Source: Thermoproteaceae archaeon (lineage in GTDB: Archaea > Thermoproteota > Thermoprotei > Thermoproteales > Thermoproteaceae). Taken from it: a DNA stretch of 13,892 nucleotides. The position numbers and the translations under genes were made by a program. How positions within the stretch are numbered: position 1 is the first letter of the stretch; each line of letters opens with the position of its first letter. Below the pieces are notes generated by a model. It was not told where the DNA came from, searched no databases, and saw only the letters and a list, made by a program, of their open reading frames with translations. The stretch lies in NCBI GenBank assembly GCA_020833025.1, contig JAJHRB010000044.1, forward strand, positions 1 to 13,892. The letters are read 5' to 3'. This document shows positions 7,672 to 13,892 of this stretch, in pieces.

Positions 7672-8676
7672 GTGAGGTATGAAATTGACGAGAGGCGCAA
7701 GCTGCTGAGGGCGATCCCCGAGCGCGAGGAGGACCTGTACTTCCTCTACTTATTAATAGACAGGGGCGACGTGATCCGGGGGTGGACCGTCAGGGAGGTG
7801 AGGCCCGAGGGCGCAAAGAGGGGCGATAGAGTAAAGCTGTACCTGGGAGTGAGGGCAGAGTCGCTTGAGTACCACAAGTTCAGGGGCACTCTGAGAGTCA
7901 GAGGGGTCGTGGTCGAGGTGAGCGGCGACTTTGAGGGCGTTAGGGGCAGGTGGCACACAATAGAGATCGCGCCGGGAAGGGAAGTTGAAATAGTAAAGGC
8001 CGGGGAGTGGCCGCTCGGCGCAGTACTTGAGACTCTCGAGGTGGCGCGGGTGTCGCTCCCGAGAGTGCTGCTGGTCTCCGTCGACGACGAGGAGGCGGCA
8101 GTCGCGTACATAACGTCGCTCGGCCTCGAGATCGCACAGCTGATCTACAACCGCGCGAGGGGAGGGGGCGGCGATAGGGTGCTCGGCGCCGAGTATGTGT
8201 CCGCAATAAGGCAGGCGGTCGAGGAGCTAAGAAGGCGCCGCGGGCCCGACAGAGTAATCGTCGCCGGGCCCGCAATGGTGGCAGAATACGTGGCCAGGCA
8301 CGTGCCGGGCGCGGCGGCGGTGCCGCAGGGATCCGGCGGCGCGGCTGGCGTGTACGAGTTTATTAGGAGCGGGGCCTACGAGCGGCTGAAAGACGCGCTC
8401 GGGCTCTCTGCGTACGAGCGGCTAATCCGCACGCTCGCGACGGCCAGGGAGCTCGTTGCGGTGGGCATCGATGAGGTCAGAGAGGCAGCCTCCTCCGGCC
8501 GCGTCGAGACGCTGCTCGTGCTCGATGAGTACTTGAAGGAGAGCCCCGAGAGCGCCTGGAGCGTTATGCTCCAGGTTCACAGGACCGGGGGCAGGGTGCG
8601 TATACTGAGGGAGGACTCGGAGGCAGGCGCCGGCCTCAGAGCCATGGGCTTCATGGCTGCGCTGCTGAGGTGGTAG
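7672..8676 (+). CDS. pelA: Archaeal pelota (Dom34) mRNA surveillance/ribosome rescue factor
   Basis: PEREEDLYFLY...GDVIRGWTVRE, LEYHKF...LRVRG...HTIEI N-domain; eRF1-like M and C domains (VIVAGP, GVYEF, VAVGIDEV...GRVETLLV). CATAAAT at 7643-7649. Confidence 0.93.
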   Translation: MRYEIDERRKLLRAIPEREEDLYFLYLLIDRGDVIRGWTVREVRPEGAKRGDRVKLYLGVRAESLEYHKFRGTLRVRGVVVEVSGDFEGVRGRWHTIEIAPGREVEIVKAGEWPLGAVLETLEVARVSLPRVLLVSVDDEEAAVAYITSLGLEIAQLIYNRARGGGGDRVLGAEYVSAIRQAVEELRRRRGPDRVIVAGPAMVAEYVARHVPGAAAVPQGSGGAAGVYEFIRSGAYERLKDALGLSAYERLIRTLATARELVAVGIDEVREAASSGRVETLLVLDEYLKESPESAWSVMLQVHRTGGRVRILREDSEAGAGLRAMGFMAALLRW

Positions 8677-8718
8677 GCCTCTGGCGGGCCAGGGCGGGCG
8701 GGGAGGGGAGAGTTAGGA

Positions 8719-8848
8719 GCCCCCTCCCAGCACGGCGGTTTCCCGGGGCCTCTCGGACCCCAGTACTCCCGTCCGCGGCGCGGGCCTTAACTTCCGGGTT
8801 CGGAATGAGACCGGGTGTATCACCCGCGCCTGTGGCCGGGTCGGGGGC
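8719..8848 (-). rRNA. rrf: 5S rRNA (stand-alone)
   Basis: Reverse complement contains ACACCCGGTCTCATTCCGAACCCGGAAGTTAAG, AGTACT...GGGAAAC, and terminal helix GCCCCC..CCCGG/CTGGG.GGGGGC. Ends are approximate to +/-2 nt. Confidence 0.95.
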
Positions 8849-8867
8849 GGGATTCCTTGCCTCGATC

Positions 8868-8886
8868 TTTTAAAATCTTTCCTCGC
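8868..8886 (-). promoter_or_regulatory. 5S rRNA promoter
   Basis: Minus strand CGAGGAAAGA-TTTTAAAA; TATA at 8868-8875, about 20 nt before the 5S 5' end. Confidence 0.75.
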
Positions 8887-9084
8887 CGACCGGCCCGACC
8901 CCGCTCGAGTCCCGCGAGCTATGGGCGGGGCCTCTAGCCCCCGGAGGGCGTCAGGCGGTGCGCTCCCGCCGCTTCACGACCTGTGAAGCGCCGCGGGCGC
9001 GCGCAGCTTTTAACGCGAGCGCGCGTCTCGTCTGTGTGTGCGCGTAGCCCCCTGGCCCGCGCCCTACAGTGGCGCGGGCCAGAG

Positions 9085-9534
9085 GTGAGCGACTGCGTGC
9101 GACGTGTACTCCTCGGCAGAGCGCCGAGAGATGTCATTATCGCGAGAGGGCATGACAGTATAACAGCGACCAACAGGAGGGCCATCGAGATAACAAAGGA
9201 CCCGTACGTCACTAAGCGCGGGGACTGCATAATAGCGTGCTGCGCCGAGAGAGCAGCAGGAGAGTTGAGTCCGGACGTGCTGAAGGCGCTCGCAAGCGGG
9301 GGCGTCGTTGTTGTGATGATAGATGCCGGAGGCCTGCGCGAGATAGTGACGGGCAGAGCCCCCCGGGCAGTCCCCCTGTCAAGTCACCGCGTCGTCATTA
9401 GGAGGAGCGAGTACGTCGACAGCTCGACGGTGGCCGTGGGGGCTAGCAAGGCGGCAGCAGACTTGAGCTCAGCTGTGGTGGCCAGGCTAAGGAGCGGAAT
9501 TCCGGTGAGGGTGGTCATTGGCGCGTGCCCGTGA
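9085..9534 (+). CDS. DUF371 family protein (start uncertain: GTG 9085 preferred; 9034 or 9097 possible)
   Basis: IIARGH..ITAT...EITKDPYVTKRGDCII, VIRRSEYVD..T, SKAAADL motifs typical of DUF371. Confidence 0.82.
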   Translation: MSDCVRRVLLGRAPRDVIIARGHDSITATNRRAIEITKDPYVTKRGDCIIACCAERAAGELSPDVLKALASGGVVVVMIDAGGLREIVTGRAPRAVPLSSHRVVIRRSEYVDSSTVAVGASKAAADLSSAVVARLRSGIPVRVVIGACP

Positions 9535-10244
9535 CCGAGAGCGCCGCGTCGGGGCTGGAGGCACTGCGCGCGCTTGCCGCGAGGAAGGCGCTTCACGTCA
9601 TTTTTGTGCTTCTCATGGCAATACCCCTCTTAGTCGAGATGCAGACAGAGCTTTACGTCGCTGCGCTGACGCTGGCCAGCGCTGTGCTGTACACCGTGCA
9701 GGTGAGGAGGCCACGCGCGTGGGAGGAGTTCAAGCGCGGCCTCTTCAGAGCGCTGGAGGACTTCTTCGGCAAGCTCGAGAGCGCGGTTCAGGACAGGCGG
9801 GGGCTGGGGGCGCACTACCACAAGGTGGTCAGGCAGCTCGAGAGCCTAATCACGGCGGCTGAGAGAGATTACGAGAAAAGGCACGGATATCTGGGTGTCG
9901 TCATGGGCGCGGCCGGCTTTTTAGTCTCGCTCACGCTGTTCGGCAGGGCGCACCTCTTCGCGTCGGTGATCAGCATGGCAGTCTACGACGCCGTGAGCGC
10001 GGTGGCTGGGGCTCTGCTCGGAGGCAGGAGAGTGCTCAATAAGATAACGCTGTGGGGCACTGCGCTCGGCGCGGCTGCAAATACCGCGGCCCTAATTGCC
10101 TTGGGAGCGGCGCCTCTCAAGGCCCTTATAATAGTGATCCTTGTGATTCTTGCCGATGCGATAAGCCCTGAAGATAATTTAACAATACCGGTGGCGGCCG
10201 CGGCTGGCTCCTACATCTACGACATTCTTCTCTCCAGCGTCTGA
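9531..10244 (+). CDS. Polytopic membrane protein, CTP-dependent dolichol/phytol/diacylglycerol kinase-like (cytidylyltransferase superfamily)
   Basis: GTGA overlap with the upstream stop; RKALH near the N-terminus, YDAVSAVAG, KITLWGT, EDNLTIP; about 6-7 hydrophobic segments. Confidence 0.72.
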   Translation: MTESAASGLEALRALAARKALHVIFVLLMAIPLLVEMQTELYVAALTLASAVLYTVQVRRPRAWEEFKRGLFRALEDFFGKLESAVQDRRGLGAHYHKVVRQLESLITAAERDYEKRHGYLGVVMGAAGFLVSLTLFGRAHLFASVISMAVYDAVSAVAGALLGGRRVLNKITLWGTALGAAANTAALIALGAAPLKALIIVILVILADAISPEDNLTIPVAAAAGSYIYDILLSSV

Positions 10245-10263
10245 TCCCCTCCACGCACCGGCG

Positions 10264-10398
10264 GGAATCCCCCCGCTCCTTAGGGCAGGAAAAAGATATA
10301 TACTTACCTTATGTTAAACTTTCCTCCGACATTCCCGCCCTAAGGGGGCGGGGCTTTCGGTTGTAAAACTGAGGGCCTTGCCCCTCAGACGGGGAGGG
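10264..10398. mobile_element. Degenerate IS200/IS605 (TnpB-element)-like terminal hairpins / MITE-like relic
   Basis: Imperfect inverted repeats 10264-10291 and 10332-10358 (core CCTTAGGGCAGGAA vs CCTTAGGGCGGGAA, 13/14) and a third hairpin CTGAGGG..CCCTCAG followed by CGGGGAGG. They resemble, from memory, CCCCGCCCTTYAGGGCGGGGAGG ends of IS605-type elements. No transposase ORF is present. Confidence 0.45.
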
Positions 10399-10417
10399 GG
10401 GCCGGCCGGCCCAGCGC

Positions 10418-10783
10418 TCACACCCCGTAGTACACTCCCCGCGCCCTGACGCCCAGCCTTCTTGCCGTCGAGGCGAGCCTGCTGTCGTCCGTCACCAGCA
10501 CGCACCCCCTGTCCATTGCGAGGAGCAAGACGGACGCGTCGGCCAGGCTCAAGCCGCCGAATCTCCTGGCCAGCTCGCGGGCCTTCCGCTCGTCGACCTC
10601 GACTACTTCAACGCGGAGAATTTCGAGGGCAGCCTGCGCCCTGGGATCCTTGAGCTCCTCCACGATATTTCTTGTCGTGCACAGCACTCCGCTGAAGATT
10701 CTCATGTCCCTGCCGTGAAAGAGCGCCGACGAGTCGAGCGCGTAGCAGCTCACGGTCTCGGTATAAGTTTCAGTATTTTGCAT
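10418..10783 (-). CDS. PIN-domain nuclease, Nob1-like, without Zn ribbon (start ATG 10783 or GTG 10753)
   Basis: ALDSSAL, TTRNIVEELKD, LSLADASVLLLA, LVTDD: the PIN acidic residues in Nob1-like context. The ORF-track N-terminal extension overlaps an sRNA and is not coding. Confidence 0.85.
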   Translation of the reverse strand: MQNTETYTETVSCYALDSSALFHGRDMRIFSGVLCTTRNIVEELKDPRAQAALEILRVEVVEVDERKARELARRFGGLSLADASVLLLAMDRGCVLVTDDSRLASTARRLGVRARGVYYGV

Positions 10784-10822
10784 TTTTCCCGCGAGGAGGC
10801 CTGTCATGCCAGGAAGGGGTAT

Positions 10823-10880
10823 TATGTCAGCACTTAAAGGACTCGTCACAGATCGGCGAGGTGAAGCCTCTCCACCGGCC
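10823..10880 (-). ncRNA. Dual-guide box C/D sRNA predicted to target the 16S rRNA central domain
   Basis: Minus strand: C GTGGAGA (10875-10869), 12-nt guide GGCTTCACCTCG, D' CCGA, TCT, C' GTGACGA, 12-nt guide GTCCTTTAAGTG, D CTGA (10830-10827). Guides are complementary to 16S GGUGAAGCC and ACUUAAAGGA. TATA-like TAATAAATT (10905-10897) with GGGGCAAAG upstream. Confidence 0.88.
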
Positions 10881-11551
10881 GTTTTCGGCGCGGTGCAATT
10901 TATTACTTTGCCCCCCGATTTCTCGCGCGGCCGCCTGGGGAATTGGTGGCGGCACACAAGAGCCGGGGACCGCGTGAGGGGGCATGGCGCGCGGCGCCGC
11001 CTGATGCGTCAACGCAGCTTTAATGCGGCACTACCTCGGCCCTCGTGAATTGCGAGAGCCGCCATTCGCCGCCTCCCTCGCCCGCTCAGCAGCCTCCGCA
11101 CCGCTCCTCGCCCACTTGGTGGCCACGCAAGGAATTTCCTGCTGCATCTCGAGCTGCCCTGCAACTCTCCGCCGCGCCTCGGCGGCAGCTTTAGGATGCC
11201 GCAGCGCGAGCGTTCTGTACGCATCTATGGCGCGGGGAAACGCCGGAGTGTAAGCAACAGCGTGAACTTGCAGAGATGGAAGCGGGGCCCAGGAGCGGCC
11301 CTGAAGGGCACCCGGCTCCCCCGCCCCGCGCTCCCGGCGCGCCGTGGAGCCTGCAGAGCGCTTGCGCCGCGGAGAGCTGGCCGGCGCGGGGGCTGGATGA
11401 GGCGGCAAGGCCCGAGGGCGGGGGAGGCGGGGGGATGAAAGGGGGCGTGCCAGTACGCAACCCCGAGGAGCTACGGATTGAAGTGAGCGCCGGCTCAACC
11501 CCGTGGGGGGAAAAAAGAGTCTGTGTTAAGCGCGCAGCCCACCTGCCGTGC

Positions 11552-13168
11552 TCACTCTCTGCCGCGCGGCCAGGGCCCGCGGGGAGGCCCGCGGTGCCCT
11601 TCCCTCTCCATCCCGCCGCCCTGTTGCTTGAGCCGCTCGCGGAGCCTGGCTATCCTCTCATCAGGGGGCAGCTGTATGAGCTGTTTCAGCGCGTCTCTCT
11701 GCTCCGACAGCTCCTTCAGCACGCGTAAGGCCGCGAGCCTCACGCTCTCGAAGTGCTCGAGCAGCCTTTGCAGCCTCTGCATCAGGCCCTCGATCTCGTC
11801 AATTGCGCCGCGCAGAGCTATATCCGTGACATTCAGCGTGAGCGCCTTGTGGAGCGCCTTGAGCCCCTCTAGGTGCTCTCTGATGACGCGCGCCGTCATG
11901 TCGCTGGCATTGAGCCTCTGCAGGAGCCTCTCGAGCCTCTCCAGCGCGCGCACGCCCCTCTCGGTGGCCATCAGAATCTCGCCGGCCTCGCCGCTTTTGC
12001 TGTACACCTCATACGTCCTGCTCAGCTCGGAGAGCGCCGCGCTGGCATTTATGAGTGCACCACTGCGGTCGGCGAGGAGGCGGGACGTGGCGCGAAGTCC
12101 CAGGGCCTCGATCCTCCCGCGCAGCTTCTCGGCCTTCTCGCCGAGCTTGCGCAGCTCTTCAGCAAGCCGGGACAGCTCGCCTGCCGTCATGTTCTCGCGC
12201 AGCTCGACTCTCGCCGCTAGTATCTCCGCGGCGCGCTCTAGTCTGTCTATTGCCACTTCTACCGCCCGCAGCGCCGCGCTGCTGGCATTAACGCGCTGCA
12301 GCACGTCCCTCGCCCTCTCGAGCGCTGCCACGCCGCGGCGCAGGGCCGCGGCAATAGCACTTGCGTTCTGGCCCTCCATGCACGCCTCGTAGGCCCTCTT
12401 TATCTCCTCCAGCGCCTCCCGAGTCTCGTTCAAGAGGGCCTCGCGGATGGACAGGATCTGCGATGCCTCCCGCGCCCCAACCTTCTTGAAGTACTCGCGC
12501 AGCCCTCTCGCGAGCTCCCCTAGCCTCCTGACCTCCCCCGCCAGCTGCGTTATATTGCTATACGTTGCATTCTCAAAGTGCGGGCGCCACCTCAGCACGT
12601 GGCGCGTACTGTTGAGAGCGCGAATCCCGCGCTCTATCGCGCTAACGGCCTCCTCGCTTGCGTTGACCTTGCGCAGCAGCTCTCTCACGCGGCTCAGCAC
12701 CCAAAGCGCCCGCTCCGTCGCGTTAAGGGCCGCGAGCGTGCAGTTCGCGCCGCAGCGCGTTATATTCAGCGCGCCATATGCCCTCGCGTACGCGACGGCC
12801 AGGGTCTTGTTTACGTGAGCGCGGAGCTCTTTCAGGGCCGCCATTCTTATCGCCCTCAGCCGCTCAAACACCGCCCTTGAGTCTGAGACGTTGAGCAGCT
12901 TCAGCTCGCCGATGCCTATCATCGGGACGGGGGCAGCTCCCCGCCTTGTAATAATAAATGTCTTGTTCACTTGCGCAAGGAGGGCCTCGCACTGCGGCAG
13001 CGTGAAGTTCGCGCCGGTGGTATTGATATAGAGCTCTATCGCCTTGCACTTGAGCTGCAAGTGAAAGTCTGTGGCGCTCGCAGCCGCGGTGGCATTTGCC
13101 TGCGCGGCGTGTGCCAGCGCGGCGAGCAGTGCCGCGAGTGCCAGCGCCGCGAGTAGTTTCCCTGCCAT
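11552..13168 (-). CDS. Secreted alpha-helical repeat glycoprotein of unknown function (538 aa; true start ATG 13168)
   Basis: Signal peptide MAGKLLAALALAALLAALAHA; 20 N-x-S/T sequons; about 125-aa internal repeats; no C-terminal TM; TATTTAT box about 23 nt upstream. Confidence 0.9.
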   Translation of the reverse strand: MAGKLLAALALAALLAALAHAAQANATAAASATDFHLQLKCKAIELYINTTGANFTLPQCEALLAQVNKTFIITRRGAAPVPMIGIGELKLLNVSDSRAVFERLRAIRMAALKELRAHVNKTLAVAYARAYGALNITRCGANCTLAALNATERALWVLSRVRELLRKVNASEEAVSAIERGIRALNSTRHVLRWRPHFENATYSNITQLAGEVRRLGELARGLREYFKKVGAREASQILSIREALLNETREALEEIKRAYEACMEGQNASAIAAALRRGVAALERARDVLQRVNASSAALRAVEVAIDRLERAAEILAARVELRENMTAGELSRLAEELRKLGEKAEKLRGRIEALGLRATSRLLADRSGALINASAALSELSRTYEVYSKSGEAGEILMATERGVRALERLERLLQRLNASDMTARVIREHLEGLKALHKALTLNVTDIALRGAIDEIEGLMQRLQRLLEHFESVRLAALRVLKELSEQRDALKQLIQLPPDERIARLRERLKQQGGGMEREGHRGPPRGPWPRGRE

Positions 13169-13190
13169 GTAGCCGCTCTCGTGCCGCGCG

Positions 13191-13241
13191 ATAAATAGTA
13201 TCGCCGCGGAACGGCCGGCGGAACTCGCGCGAAACTTTAAA
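13191..13241. promoter_or_regulatory. Divergent promoter pair
   Basis: Minus-strand TATTTAT (13197-13191) for the secreted protein; plus-strand GCGAAAC-TTTAAA (13236-13241) about 22 nt before GTG 13263. Confidence 0.7.
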
Positions 13242-13262
13242 TTCCGCGCGTGGGCGGTCTCA

Positions 13263-13892
13263 GTGATAGCGATCCTGAATCTCACCGTGCCGCCAGTATT
13301 GCTGCTCCTGCTGCCCGCTGCAATTCTCGGGAACTACTCACTGCCCGCGCCGCCCGCGTTTGACGTCGCGGTCGTCGCGCCAGACGGCTCGCCGCTCCCG
13401 GCGTGGGTCATTAATGACACGCTGTACGCACTCCAGGGCGGGGGGCCGGCGCTTGCCGTCTACGTGCCGCGCTACTCAAACGCGAGCGGGGTGTATGGCA
13501 TCAACATAACTTGCTGTGACGTGGTGGTGCAGGCGCCGCCGGGCGTGATGATCCACAAAATATCGCCCGCCCCTGACCCCCGCGGCGTGGTCGTGAACAA
13601 GTCGGGCATGTACTTGCGCGTGAGGGGGCCCGCGGCCGTGCTGTACGCGCCGTTCAGCGTGAGTGTGCAGCGGCCCGCGCCACCGCCGGCGCCACCCCCG
13701 CCCGGCCCTCCGAGACGGCCGGCACAACAGACCCCCGCTAACGTTGCGGCGGTCGGCGTCACGGCCGGCGCCGCGCCCCCGGCCGGGGGCGCGCTGCCCT
13801 GGTGGCTCATTCTCGCAATTGTCGCGGCCGCCGCGGCCGCCCTAGGCTCCGCGCTGGCCGCCAGAAGGAGGCGCGGCGGGAGCGGCTGCTCT
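13263..13892 (+). CDS. Single-pass membrane glycoprotein, 3' end beyond the window (absent from the ORF track)
   Basis: My translation gives 210 open codons: MIAILNLTVPPVLLLLLPAAILGNYSL...beta-rich domain with NYS/NDT/NAS/NIT/NKS sequons...Pro-rich linker PAPPPAPPPPGPP...TM LPWWLILAIVAAAAAALGSALAA, then RRRRGGSGCS. Confidence 0.85.
   Translation, partial: MIAILNLTVPPVLLLLLPAAILGNYSLPAPPAFDVAVVAPDGSPLPAWVINDTLYALQGGGPALAVYVPRYSNASGVYGINITCCDVVVQAPPGVMIHKISPAPDPRGVVVNKSGMYLRVRGPAAVLYAPFSVSVQRPAPPPAPPPPGPPRRPAQQTPANVAAVGVTAGAAPPAGGALPWWLILAIVAAAAAALGSALAARRRRGGSGCS

Noticed and set aside
8878-8886. Minus-strand GAGGAAAG as the RNase P CR-I motif
   Set aside because: Followed by ATTTTAAAA, not UCC; it is the BRE of the 5S promoter and no CR-V partner is present.
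10804-10849. Alternative sRNA parse using GTGACGA as C box and ATGA (10807-10804) as D box, or a third guide CCCCTTCCTGGC
   Set aside because: No acceptable C' box and no recognisable target; the upstream parse gives canonical spacing, two 16S matches and a correctly placed TATA.
11281-11430. SRP RNA, including a permuted Thermoproteus-type gene (GCAAGGCCCGAGGG and GCCCTGAAGGGC resemble helix 8/6 parts)
   Set aside because: The GGAA tetraloop and AGCAG/AGCAA side of the SRP54-binding motif are absent; an Infernal search would settle it.
1-13892. CRISPR array, split-tRNA halves, or an att duplication of either tRNA 3' end
   Set aside because: By eye I found no regularly spaced direct repeats, no further D-arm or T-arm fragments and no second copy of the tRNA 3' ends.

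Overview
GC-rich archaeal chromosome segment, most likely Thermoproteaceae (Pyrobaculum/Thermoproteus-like), inferred from the thermosome sequence, TATA boxes about 20-25 nt before start codons (leaderless mRNAs) and tRNAs with non-canonical introns. It is mostly housekeeping: a LivF-type ABC ATPase, Rpo6/RpoK, thermosome, a nucleotide-sugar dehydrogenase, an RNase Z-like/DUF359/DsbA operon, a CBS protein, pelota, DUF371, a dolichol-kinase-like membrane protein and a Nob1-like PIN protein. The RNA content is invisible in the ORF track: tRNA-Pro(CGG) and tRNA-Gly(GCC), each with two BHB-type introns (the Gly pair looks obligately ordered), a 5S rRNA, and two box C/D sRNAs, one with both guides complementary to the 16S central domain. 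The accessory right end holds IS200/IS605-like hairpin relics around an AT-rich island, about 650 bp of unexplained DNA, and a divergent pair: a secreted helical-repeat protein with all 20 Asn in N-glycosylation sequons, and a single-pass membrane glycoprotein cut by the window end. Several ORF-track starts are too long and are corrected here. Most short overlapping ORFs are GC-shadow frames. rRNA target matches rely on remembered consensus sequences and need checking against this organism's own rRNA.
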